From: Nanobdellota archaeon
Lineage (GTDB): Archaea > Nanobdellota > Nanobdellia > Woesearchaeales > CG1-02-33-12
Direction of reading: 5' to 3'
Assembly (NCBI GenBank): GCA_018819345.1
Contig: JAHJQG010000036.1
Span: forward strand, 1-41,220
DNA length: 41,220 nt
Shown here: piece by piece, positions 1-8,955 of the stretch
Position numbering within the stretch: the first letter of the stretch is position 1
Layout: every line of letters starts with the position of its first letter
Position numbers and translations under genes: made by a program
Notes under the pieces: generated by a model
The model's database searches: none
What the model saw: only the letters and a program-made list of their open reading frames with translations
Told to the model about the DNA's origin: nothing

Positions 1-2
1 CT

Positions 3-482
3 GTAGTTAAAACAAAACCAGAAACTATTCCAGAAGGAACGGATTATGTAAAACATCCTAAAGAAGAAGGTTATATACCTGTTAAAGTTGTAAAAATATA
101 TATAGAAGTTCCAGAGGATGCAGAACTTTGGAAAGAACATAATTTAATTTTTACTGCAACTGGTAGTTGTTTTACAGAGCCAGGTGCAGTCGTGCCTGCA
201 ATAGCAACACAATTAAAATTAAAAGTTAAAACAATTTCTGAAGAATTTACTGAAGTTCCTTTAGAAAAAGCAGCTGAAAAGGAAGAAGAGAAAGAAGAAG
301 TTGAAGTTGTTAAAGAAGAAAAACTAACAGTGCCAATATCTCAAGTTGTAGAGAAAGAAGTAAAGGTTGGTGTATCTACTAGTACATTTGTTGGTGTAGT
401 TATTGTATTATTAATAATTATAGTAGGAATGTTTATATTTTTTGTTAGAGGAAAAAAGAAAAAAGAGGAAAAAATAAAATAA
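3..482 (+). CDS. 5'-truncated membrane-anchored surface protein (beta-rich part, Glu/Lys-rich stalk, C-terminal TM helix, basic tail)
   Basis: Frame of track ORF 192..482 is open back to the window edge (VVKTKPETIPEGTDYV...); ends FVGVVIVLLIIIVGMFIFFVRGKKKK. Confidence 0.75.
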   Translation, partial: VVKTKPETIPEGTDYVKHPKEEGYIPVKVVKIYIEVPEDAELWKEHNLIFTATGSCFTEPGAVVPAIATQLKLKVKTISEEFTEVPLEKAAEKEEEKEEVEVVKEEKLTVPISQVVEKEVKVGVSTSTFVGVVIVLLIIIVGMFIFFVRGKKKKEEKIK

Positions 483-522
483 AAACGATATATTTTTATA
501 TTTTCCTAAGTAAACCATATTC

Positions 523-1326
523 ATGAAAAAAATACTTTTATTTTTCCTTTTAATCATAACTTTTCCAGCATTAGTTAAAGCTCTAATAGAAGTTGAGCAT
601 AGTGTTACAGCAACTGTAACAATAAATGAAGTTGAAGGTAAATTAAAAGTTTTTCCTTCTTTTTTAGAAATAAATGCTCCTCCTTTATCCTTAGTTAAGA
701 AAAATTTAACTTTTTGGCAAGAAAATGGTAATATTGATCTTAATGTTTCTCTTTATTTAGAAGAAAGTGAAATAAATGATTGGCTTTCTTTCTCTGCTGT
801 TGATTTTACAGTAAAACCAAATGAAACAAAAGATATTATTACTTATATTAATATCCCAAATATTACAATAGGAACCTATTCTGGAAATATTCATGCTATA
901 ACTAATAGTCAAGATTTAATCATTCCTGTAAACATAACTATAACTGATAAATACAAGATAGATATAAATATAGACGCTCTTGAAAGAAAAATCAAAGCTG
1001 GAGACTATATTTCTGTTTTTACAGAACTGACAAAAACAAAGACAAGAAATAAAGATCCTGAGGTTGAAGGGAAAATAACTGTTGACCTTGTTTATAATGT
1101 CCTGAAAGGAAAGGACTTAATCACAACTTTATCAACAACAATGGATGTTGTTGATTATAGTGAAAAAAACATTTCTATTCCTATTCCAATAGATGCAACT
1201 AGAGGTGGCTATATTGTAGAAGTAATAGCAACCCATTTGGATAAAACTGCTAAAGACAGAGATAATTTTTTTGTTACAACAAATTTGCTTACAAGATTTT
1301 TTAATCTTTTTAGATGGTTTGGATGA
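523..1326 (+). CDS. Secreted beta-rich (Ig-like) hypothetical protein
   Basis: Signal peptide MKKILLFFLLIITFPALVKA; many N-x-S/T sequons; amphipathic tail LLTRFFNLFRWFG. Confidence 0.7.
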   Translation: MKKILLFFLLIITFPALVKALIEVEHSVTATVTINEVEGKLKVFPSFLEINAPPLSLVKKNLTFWQENGNIDLNVSLYLEESEINDWLSFSAVDFTVKPNETKDIITYINIPNITIGTYSGNIHAITNSQDLIIPVNITITDKYKIDINIDALERKIKAGDYISVFTELTKTKTRNKDPEVEGKITVDLVYNVLKGKDLITTLSTTMDVVDYSEKNISIPIPIDATRGGYIVEVIATHLDKTAKDRDNFFVTTNLLTRFFNLFRWFG

Positions 1327-1745
1327 TGGGGCGGAAATTGAACAAAATATTTTTGATTTTAATAATTGGAATAATTTTTGTTAGTGGATGTACTCAAATT
1401 AAAAAAATGGATTTTGAAACAATATCAAAAGGACATTATTCTGATCATAAAGAGCCAGCTAATTATATTATTAATAGTAATGAAGAATTAGAAAGTCTTG
1501 GAATAAAAATACCAGAAATTGATTTTTCACAATTTAGTGTTATTGCAGTCTTTATGGGCGAATTTAATACAGGGGGATATTCTATAGAAATAATAGAGAT
1601 AATAGAAAAAGAAAATGAAATAATTATTAAAGTTAATAAAACATATCCAAAACCAGGTAGTTTACTAACTCAAGCATTTTCTCAACCCCATCATATTATA
1701 AAAATTAAAAGAACAGATAAACCAATTATCTTTGAAGAAAAATGA
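1314..1745 (+). CDS. Lipoprotein with PrcB C-terminal domain (protease complex subunit PrcB family)
   Basis: Lipobox-like VSGC; IDFSQFSVIAVFMGEFNTGGYSIEI...TQAFSQPHHIIKI matches the PrcB_C pattern; true start probably at about 1323-1326. Confidence 0.75.
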   Translation: MVWMMGRKLNKIFLILIIGIIFVSGCTQIKKMDFETISKGHYSDHKEPANYIINSNEELESLGIKIPEIDFSQFSVIAVFMGEFNTGGYSIEIIEIIEKENEIIIKVNKTYPKPGSLLTQAFSQPHHIIKIKRTDKPIIFEEK

Positions 1746-4015
1746 AAAAATTGTTTATTTTTGTGATTATGGTAATTTTTGTTTTGTCTATTGTTTATTC
1801 TAGTGGAAATAATCTAACAAATACAACAGAGTTTAATTTAACTAGAAACAGTAGTTTAACTAACGAAACTTCACTAAATATTACCAATATAACAGAGTTT
1901 AATTTAACTGAAAATATATTTAATGAAACTGAAAATATTATTACTTCAGAAACAAAAGAAAAAATTTCTAAAATAGATGTTGTTGGAGTTGATAAGCCTT
2001 TTAGTTCAATAAAATTTGATGTATCAGAAATTGGTGCAAAAATTGAATCTAGAATTTATGAAGAGTTAGAGAAAAAAAATAAAACAAGGGTTATTGTAAT
2101 TTTAAAAGAAGACTGGACTTTTGAAGAAAAATTAGATAAAAAAGAGAGATTTAAATTAATAAAAGAAAAAATTAAAGAAAAACAAAATAAAGTTTTGTCT
2201 AATTTAATGGAAGATTTTGAATTAAAAAATAGATATAAAACAATAAATGCTTTTTCTGGTATAGTAACAAAAGTTGGATTAAATAAATTAGAGCATAGTC
2301 CTTTTGTTGAAAGGGTTTATTTAGACAGAAAAGCTTATACTTCTCTTTCAGAAAGTGTTCCTTTAATTGAAGCAGATGATGTTTGGAATTTGGGTTATAC
2401 TGGAACAGGAACTGTTTGTATTACTGATACTGGTGTTGATTATACTCATGCTGATTTAGGAAATCCAAGTTGTAGTATAAGTCAAACTATAAATGGAAAT
2501 ATTGAATCTTATTTACTTGAATCGCCACATCCTTATTCAAACAACTACGATAACACATGGCAGATAACAAAGCCTGGTTATACAAGCATAGCAGTGCATT
2601 TCAGTAAGATCGAGGTTGAAGCTAACTATGATTTTGTATATTTGTATAATGCTCAAGGAAATTTTGTGCAAGTCTTCACCGGGAATTATTATGACATATG
2701 GAGTGTGTCTATTCCAGGCGATACGATCTACGTTCGACTAGTAACAGATTCTAGCGTTACTTCCTGGGGCTTTGCTATAAATCAAGTGTTGAACGGGACT
2801 GTGGATTCTACATGGAGCAATTGTGGTCAAGTCATCGGAGGATATGATTTTGTCAATAATGATAATGATCCCATGGATGATAATGGACATGGAACTCACG
2901 TCTCAGGGATAGTTGCTTCCCAAAACCCAACTTACAAAGGGGTTGCACCTGGAGCAAACATAGTTGCAAATAAAGTCTTGGATAGCAGTGGTAGTGGTTG
3001 GTTTTCTAATGTTGCTGCTGGTGTTGATTGGTGTATTGATAATAAAGACAAATATAATATACATACAATAAGCATGAGCTTAGGAGATGGTGGAGAGTAC
3101 AATAATCCCTCTACGCAATGCGACCCTTATGCTGTTGCAATTGCAATAAATACAGCTTTTGATCAAGGAATTTTTGTTTCTGTGGCTTCTGGAAATGAAG
3201 CTCATTTAAATGGTATTAGTTATCCTGCCTGTGCTTCTAATGCAACTTCTGTTGGTGCTGTTTATGACGCAAATGTTGGTTCACAAAACTGGCAGCCAAC
3301 TTGTAGAGACGGGACAACTTATGCAGACAAGATTGTTTGTTTTACTAATAGAGATGAAATTCTTGACTTACTTGCTCCTGGTTGTAAAATAACATCATTA
3401 AGTCTTGGAGGAGGAACTGCTACTTATTGTGGAACTTCAATGTCAGCTCCAATGGTCGCAGGAGTTGCTTCTCTAATGTTAAATGCTAATAATACTCTAA
3501 CACCTTCTCAAATAAGAAATGTTTTAAAAAATACAGGTAAAGGTATTTATGATAGTAAAACTGGTTTAACTTTTCCGAGGATAAATGCATCTGCTGCTGT
3601 AAACTCTGTAGCTCCTCCTGTAGAATTCATCTCTATAACTCTTTATGGCTATCCAATTGACTTTGGAAGTTTAGATCAAAATACTTTTGATTCACCTGCA
3701 TTAGGAAATGTAAATAATTCTTATATTATCAGAGTTGATAATACAACAACTGTTAATGTTGATACTTATATAAAAGGTGATGATTATACAACTAATAGTT
3801 ATATTTTAGGTATTGGAAATATGAGCTGGAATACACTAAATAATGTTGCAACTTCTGTAAATATGACTAATAATTATCAAGATAAAGTTGCAGAAAATGT
3901 TGCTCCTGAAACAGATATAAATATGTATTATTGGATGGACATTCCTTTACAAAGAGCAGGAGATTATACATCAGCAATTTACATAAAAGCTGTAGAAATA
4001 GGAAACCTACCTTAA
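1742..4015 (+). CDS. Secreted S8 subtilisin-like serine protease with I9-like propeptide, inserted CUB domain and C-terminal beta domain
   Basis: Catalytic motifs DTGVD, HGTHVSG, GTSMSAPMVAG; oxyanion SGN; CUB-like ESPHPYSNNY...FSKIEVEANYDFVYLY...RLVTDSSVTSWGF. Confidence 0.93.
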   Translation: MKKLFIFVIMVIFVLSIVYSSGNNLTNTTEFNLTRNSSLTNETSLNITNITEFNLTENIFNETENIITSETKEKISKIDVVGVDKPFSSIKFDVSEIGAKIESRIYEELEKKNKTRVIVILKEDWTFEEKLDKKERFKLIKEKIKEKQNKVLSNLMEDFELKNRYKTINAFSGIVTKVGLNKLEHSPFVERVYLDRKAYTSLSESVPLIEADDVWNLGYTGTGTVCITDTGVDYTHADLGNPSCSISQTINGNIESYLLESPHPYSNNYDNTWQITKPGYTSIAVHFSKIEVEANYDFVYLYNAQGNFVQVFTGNYYDIWSVSIPGDTIYVRLVTDSSVTSWGFAINQVLNGTVDSTWSNCGQVIGGYDFVNNDNDPMDDNGHGTHVSGIVASQNPTYKGVAPGANIVANKVLDSSGSGWFSNVAAGVDWCIDNKDKYNIHTISMSLGDGGEYNNPSTQCDPYAVAIAINTAFDQGIFVSVASGNEAHLNGISYPACASNATSVGAVYDANVGSQNWQPTCRDGTTYADKIVCFTNRDEILDLLAPGCKITSLSLGGGTATYCGTSMSAPMVAGVASLMLNANNTLTPSQIRNVLKNTGKGIYDSKTGLTFPRINASAAVNSVAPPVEFISITLYGYPIDFGSLDQNTFDSPALGNVNNSYIIRVDNTTTVNVDTYIKGDDYTTNSYILGIGNMSWNTLNNVATSVNMTNNYQDKVAENVAPETDINMYYWMDIPLQRAGDYTSAIYIKAVEIGNLP

Positions 4016-4102
4016 CATATTGGGCTTATAAGGTTTGTAGCAATAGTTCAGCAACTGGATTTGGATTACCAATAGCACCATAATTTTTTCTTTTTCTTTG
4101 CT

Positions 4103-4501
4103 TTATTTATTTGGTATATTAACCTTTCCATTGATTATTTTTTCTTTTATGAGCTTCACATCTGAATCAATAGAATCAATTTTTATCCCCACTTTTCCAA
4201 GTTCTTTATCCATACCATAAACTTTGTCTTTTAACGGATGTAAATAAAATTTCCAAGCACCAAAACCTGAAATAAGTAATGAACCTAGCCATTGAACTTG
4301 AACTGGGATTTCAACGCCCAAAAAAGGCAAGGGGTCATTAGTTAATATTGCTATAAAAACAAAGGACACTAGTATTATAAAGAAAAGAAGCCCATTTTCA
4401 CTCAAGAAATTTTTTAAGCGGCTAATCTTAAAGAAAATTGATATTAAGTAAAGTGCCACAAAGAGGGCAAGTAATAACCAATATAATTTAAGGTATATCA
4501 T
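4103..4501 (-). CDS. Hypothetical membrane protein (about 3 TM helices, short charged C-terminal tail)
   Basis: Hydrophobic segments; GGTGA SD-like motif just upstream of the ATG. Confidence 0.65.
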   Translation of the reverse strand: MIYLKLYWLLLALFVALYLISIFFKISRLKNFLSENGLLFFIILVSFVFIAILTNDPLPFLGVEIPVQVQWLGSLLISGFGAWKFYLHPLKDKVYGMDKELGKVGIKIDSIDSDVKLIKEKIINGKVNIPNK

Positions 4502-4592
4502 TATTTCACCAACAACTCTCTAAACTATACATATTTTATATTTATATTATTTAAAACTTTCTTATTTTTATCTGCAATTTTTCCGAGATAAA

Positions 4593-4733
4593 TTAAATGT
4601 GGTCCTCCTCATCATCTTCATAGAAGTCCTGTTTTAGCTCTTCAAGTTCGCCCTGGAGTTCCTCTACCTGGCCTTCCAGGTCATCAATCTTTTTTTCAAG
4701 CTTTTGTATTATCTCTTTTGTCTCTTCATCCAT
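4593..4733 (-). CDS. 46-aa acidic coiled-coil microprotein (not in ORF track)
   Basis: Hand translation MDEETKEIIQKLEKKIDDLEGQVEELQGELEELKQDFYEDDEEDHI*; heptad pattern; codon usage like core genes. Confidence 0.65.
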   Translation of the reverse strand: MDEETKEIIQKLEKKIDDLEGQVEELQGELEELKQDFYEDDEEDHI

Positions 4734-4748
4734 TTTTTTACTTCTTTT

Positions 4749-4919
4749 TTATTCACTAAATGCAACAGCTAATAATACAAGCCCAATTATCACCAAAACA
4801 GAGGCAATTGCTCCAAAAAAGTATTTTTCTGTAAGAAAAGATGGAATAGCCCAGATAACACCAATAACAGTGAATATAACCCCTAAAAGAGTTGTTAAAT
4901 TTTTCTTTTTCTGGTCCAT
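4749..4919 (-). CDS. 56-aa two-TM membrane microprotein (not in ORF track)
   Basis: Hand translation MDQKKKNLTTLLGVIFTVIGVIWAIPSFLTEKYFFGAIASVLVIIGLVLLAVAFSE*; ends 15 nt before the next ATG. Confidence 0.65.
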   Translation of the reverse strand: MDQKKKNLTTLLGVIFTVIGVIWAIPSFLTEKYFFGAIASVLVIIGLVLLAVAFSE

Positions 4920-4947
4920 TTTTAGTTTTTATATTGCTTTTTATCAA

Positions 4948-5029
4948 AAATTGTCAGAATACTGTAAACTTCAGTTTGCAGATTAATGACAATTTCCTCA
5001 AATACTATGGAATGATATCCATAGTATTT
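4948..5029. promoter_or_regulatory. Two tandem inverted repeats downstream of radA (terminator-like or operator)
   Basis: AAATTGTCA(4948)...TGACAATTT(4995) with inner CTGTAAAC/GTTTGCAG; perfect 12-bp arms AAATACTATGGA-6nt-TCCATAGTATTT (5000-5029) next to a TATA-like TTTAAATA on the minus strand. Confidence 0.5.
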
Positions 5030-5060
5030 ATTTAAATGTTTTTAAAATTAAAATAAAAAA

Positions 5061-6074
5061 TTAAGAAAAGTCCTTGATGCCTTCTTCTATGATGTAAAAG
5101 CCTGCTTCGCCCTCTGGCAGGTTTGGTGAGTCAACAAGCTTTGCAACCCTGCTGCCTTTCTTGCCCTTTCTTAAATAAATCCTGAAAGTGCTTGCATGAG
5201 CAACTATATGTCCGCCAATTGCCTGTGTAGGATCTCCAAAGAACATGTCTGGCCTTGCCATTACCTGGTTTGTAACATAAACACATACATTGTGCATATC
5301 TGCCAGCCTTAACAAGACGTGCATATGCTTATTGAGTTTTTGCTGCCTCTCTGCCAAAGTGCCCCTTCCAATAAATTCTGCCCTGAAGTGAGCTGTTAAT
5401 GAGTCAATAACAATCACCTTGACATTAAATTTTTGTTTTGTTATAAGATCCTCTATTTTCTCTGCAAGAAGCATCTGGTGGTCTGAATTATATGCGCGAG
5501 CAACTTTTATGTTTTTGAGCACTTTCATAGGATCCAGGCCTGCACCTTTTGCAAGCTGCTGGATTCTCTCTGGCCTGAATGTATTTTCTGTATCAATATA
5601 AACTGTTACTGCCCCTGGGTATTGTTTCTGGGAGTTAACTGCTAATATGTGGGCAAGCTGGGTTTTTCCAGAGCCAAACTCTCCAAAACATTCAACTATT
5701 GATGCTGTTTCAAAACCGCCTCCAAGCAGCTCATCAAATGATTTTGAGCCTGTTTTTATCTTCTCAACCTTTGCTCTTTTTTTCAATAAGTCTTCTCCTG
5801 ACTCAAAGCCCATATCAAGCTTGTTTCGGGCAAAATTTATCATCTTTCTTGCACTTGCCTCAGAAACACCTGCTGCATCAACCAACTCGCCAGGGCTTGC
5901 TACTGCAATTCCTAGTATATTGTTATAGCCTGCATCAACAAGTTTTTCAGCTGTTGCAGCTCCAACACCTGGAAGATCCTGAACAGTGAGTTCTTTTTTC
6001 TCTTCTTTTTTCATTTTTTTAACATCAGTTTTTGGTTCTTTTTCTTTTGATTGTTTTTCTTCTTCTAGTTTCAT
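5061..6074 (-). CDS. radA: DNA repair and recombination protein RadA
   Basis: N-terminal Hh[13 protein letters not shown]; Walker [10 protein letters not shown]; [12 protein letters not shown]; Walker B VIVIDSL; [12 protein letters not shown]; DSPNLPEGE. Confidence 0.97.
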   Translation of the reverse strand: MKLEEEKQSKEKEPKTDVKKMKKEEKKELTVQDLPGVGAATAEKLVDAGYNNILGIAVASPGELVDAAGVSEASARKMINFARNKLDMGFESGEDLLKKRAKVEKIKTGSKSFDELLGGGFETASIVECFGEFGSGKTQLAHILAVNSQKQYPGAVTVYIDTENTFRPERIQQLAKGAGLDPMKVLKNIKVARAYNSDHQMLLAEKIEDLITKQKFNVKVIVIDSLTAHFRAEFIGRGTLAERQQKLNKHMHVLLRLADMHNVCVYVTNQVMARPDMFFGDPTQAIGGHIVAHASTFRIYLRKGKKGSRVAKLVDSPNLPEGEAGFYIIEEGIKDFS

Positions 6075-6151
6075 AATATCAACCCCTTGTTTAAAGTAAT
6101 CCTACTTATTTAAATAGTTTATCAAATTTTTTCTGAAAATATTCCGGGAAA

Positions 6152-6469
6152 TTACTCAACATCCTCAACTTCTACTTCTTCTCCAGTATCTTCTTTAGTC
6201 TGCTCTTTTAGAACAATATGTTCATATGCCTTGTTCAGGACGAGAATTGCCTTTGGAAGGTCATTTATTCTTAAAGAATTCGTTGATTTCCACTCGCCGC
6301 TCTTGTCTGTGTATCTTCTTTGCAAGGATACTGTTCTGAACTCTACTGGGTTTCCATCCTTGCTTATTCCTTTGTTCTTCCAGATTGTGGCGCTTACTAC
6401 GCCTGTACTAAACTTCTTTTCAGGTATATTTTCCTGATTCATTTGCATCGCCTCCATTGCTTTTCGCAT
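6152..6469 (-). CDS. Small conserved-looking protein, putative ssDNA-binding (PC4/SpoVG-like fold) with acidic tail
   Basis: VSATIWKN...VSLQRRYTDKSGEWKSTNSL...DLPKAILVL pattern; acidic C-terminus EEVEVEDVE; directly upstream of radA. Confidence 0.55.
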   Translation of the reverse strand: MRKAMEAMQMNQENIPEKKFSTGVVSATIWKNKGISKDGNPVEFRTVSLQRRYTDKSGEWKSTNSLRINDLPKAILVLNKAYEHIVLKEQTKEDTGEEVEVEDVE

Positions 6470-6660
6470 CTTATTTCATAATCCCCCTAGCCATTGGCTA
6501 ATCAGGGAACCGAAGCAATATGTATTGTATAGTTAGGGTTATTTAAATAGCTTATCCAAAGATGTCCAGTGTCCATTGGTCAAATTAATAAATAAAAGTG
6601 ATGGGGTGTTTTGATTTTGAAATAGTAACATTTATAAAGATAAAATATATTTATCATTAA

Positions 6661-7257
6661 ATGGAAGACACCTTAGTAGAAATAATAGAAAAATTAGAAG
6701 GATTAAAAGAATACTTAAACTTTGAGGGAAAATTAAGCAAATATACAGAAAAAATTTTAAGAAAATTTTACCAAGAAGACCCATTAGCATATAAGGTTGC
6801 AGCAAGTAAGGAATCATACGTTAAATTAATTAAACCAATTGAGGAAAAATATAATAGTTTTTGGAAAAGGATTAGGGTTCCAAGAACTGATAAAACTTTT
6901 GATAATGAAGTTAGAAGAGTTATTGAATCAATGAATAATGTTGGAGTAGAATATATTAATCCAGAAAATTTTACAACAGATAGAAAAAGAAGACATAATA
7001 AAAATATTTTATTAATCTCAGCAGGGACTGGTTTGTTTTTTGCTGCCCTCCCTAAACTTATTGAATGGAGTTATACAGCTAATTATAATGGCCCAGGAAA
7101 TCTTAATATATTTGTTCCTATAACGGCAGCAGGAGTAATGTACTTGGGCAATAAACTTCTTGCATATCCTGATACTAACTTAGCGTATTTACAAAAATTT
7201 GCACAAAAGACTGACGAATTTTTAAGACAGCATTATCTTAAACTCTCTCCTACTTAG
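6661..7257 (+). CDS. Hypothetical protein with two C-terminal hydrophobic segments
   Basis: 198-aa ORF, A/T-ending codons, opposite strand to neighbours. Confidence 0.6.
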   Translation: MEDTLVEIIEKLEGLKEYLNFEGKLSKYTEKILRKFYQEDPLAYKVAASKESYVKLIKPIEEKYNSFWKRIRVPRTDKTFDNEVRRVIESMNNVGVEYINPENFTTDRKRRHNKNILLISAGTGLFFAALPKLIEWSYTANYNGPGNLNIFVPITAAGVMYLGNKLLAYPDTNLAYLQKFAQKTDEFLRQHYLKLSPT

Positions 7258-7283
7258 AACTATTATTTCTACTTTTTACATTC

Positions 7284-7745
7284 TTAATTAACCAATAAAA
7301 ATTGAATATAACATAATATTATAAGAATAAAAAAGAAAATATTTTCCCATAAAGATCCTGTTCTTATGAAGCCTTTAGTTCTCTTCTTGGAAAATGGATA
7401 AAAGAACATAACTCCCTCAGGTGTTAAGGAGTCAAGAACAAGGTGAGATAAATAACCAATAAAAAATGCAGCAGCTATTTCAATTTTTATAATGATAATA
7501 ACCATAGAGATTAATATTAACAGGAAAGGCGAGTGAAATATTCCCCTATGCCTAAAAAATAAGTTTATTAAAAAAGAAATTGGCTTAATCTTTCTTCCAA
7601 CCTTTGATTTATAGGAATCAATGTCTGGAAGTGAAGATGCTATCAGCATGATTATAACAAATATAGTCTTATTTTGGATATTAAAAGAATTAATAATAAG
7701 CAAGCAAATAAAAAAACTAAATATTAGGTGTGTCCTGAACATCAT
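7284..7745 (-). CDS. Membrane-bound metal-dependent hydrolase (YdjM/DUF457 family)
   Basis: Motifs THL, SLPDID, HRGIFHS, SHLVLDSLT. Confidence 0.9.
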   Translation of the reverse strand: MMFRTHLIFSFFICLLIINSFNIQNKTIFVIIMLIASSLPDIDSYKSKVGRKIKPISFLINLFFRHRGIFHSPFLLILISMVIIIIKIEIAAAFFIGYLSHLVLDSLTPEGVMFFYPFSKKRTKGFIRTGSLWENIFFFILIILCYIQFLLVN

Positions 7746-8802
7746 TTTCCTTTGTATCTAAAACCTGCTCTGTCATGCTTTCTTTTTTTGCTTTTGTTTC
7801 TTCAAGCTCTTTGTTTAAAACTTTTATTTCATCATCTGGATCAGGGTTTGGAAAAACAAGCTGGCTTATAAACTCTAAGCGGTCAAACATCTCATTTTTT
7901 GTTGTTCTTCCAACAAATTTTATAATATTGCCTAATAATTCAGTTTTCATTTCTTCAAATTTCTCAGGACTATCCTTGTATTCAAGCATCTGCTCCTGTG
8001 TTTTATCTAATAATTTTAATGCCTGGTTCCTGAAGCATACAACCCTTATGTTATCTGTTCCGTCATCCAAAAAGAGATTTAAAACAAACGAGTAATTTGG
8101 CTGAACCTTGCCATGTGTATCGCAGAAAAAATCATCTTCCCTGAGCCTTGCCCTTCTGTTGCATTCAGGGCAGATTTCAAAAAACCTTGGGTCAAAAACC
8201 TGGACTATTGTTCCAAGAATTTCAACATTAGAATCATTTTCATTAAGCTGATTTATTTTCTTCCTTTTTCCAGAGCTTGTTTCCTTTACCTCACCAATTG
8301 TCTCGCCCTCTGGATTGATTATAAGCTTACCCATATTATTGAGATGCACTTCTTTCCCGTTTTGATTTTCCCTTACATAACCACCAACTACCTTTACTAT
8401 TATGTTTTCCTTAAGTTTTGTTATGTTTTCTGCCTGGTCACCCCACATGACAATCCTTATGGTTCCTGTTTCATCCCCTATTACAAAAGATGCAACCTTT
8501 CCAGAACGGCCTTTGCTGTTAAATTCCCTAAGCTCAAATACTCTTAAAACCTTTCCAACAACCTCAACGCTTCTCATTCCTGTAAGAATATTTTTTATTT
8601 GAAGCTTTCCACCCAAGGCATCAAAGAGCTTAACTCCAAGCTCATTTGCAACTATGTGAGCAGCTCCTTCGTTGCTTATGAGTCCGGATAATTGCTTTAG
8701 TTTGGTGTCAATCTTTTCTTTTATTTCCTGCTCAGTAAGTCCTGATTTCTCCTGTATCTTTTCTAGAATATCATTATATGGCATCTTTATCATTTTAATC
8801 AA
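7717..8802 (-). CDS. rpa: Replication protein A large subunit (OB folds plus zinc finger)
   Basis: GKVASFVIGDETGTIRIVMW; CPEC...CDTH zinc motif; LDDGTDNIRVVCF. Confidence 0.9.
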   Translation of the reverse strand: MIKMIKMPYNDILEKIQEKSGLTEQEIKEKIDTKLKQLSGLISNEGAAHIVANELGVKLFDALGGKLQIKNILTGMRSVEVVGKVLRVFELREFNSKGRSGKVASFVIGDETGTIRIVMWGDQAENITKLKENIIVKVVGGYVRENQNGKEVHLNNMGKLIINPEGETIGEVKETSSGKRKKINQLNENDSNVEILGTIVQVFDPRFFEICPECNRRARLREDDFFCDTHGKVQPNYSFVLNLFLDDGTDNIRVVCFRNQALKLLDKTQEQMLEYKDSPEKFEEMKTELLGNIIKFVGRTTKNEMFDRLEFISQLVFPNPDPDDEIKVLNKELEETKAKKESMTEQVLDTKENDVQDTPNI

Positions 8803-8955
8803 TTATTGAAATCAACAGCTGTTATAAATAGTTTTATGTTTTGCAAAATAATTATTAAGAAATTAATTTAATGAATTCCACTTATCTATCCTATCTTCAT
8901 TTGAAAATTTCTCAGGAACTTCACCTGAACTTTCATCTTCCGGCTTTTCCTCATT

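Noticed and set aside
4756-4947. Track ORF of 63 aa
   Set aside because: The overlapping frame 4749..4919 gives a much more protein-like two-TM sequence with an ATG start.
5061-6074. Intein in RadA
   Set aside because: Normal length and an uninterrupted Walker A region.
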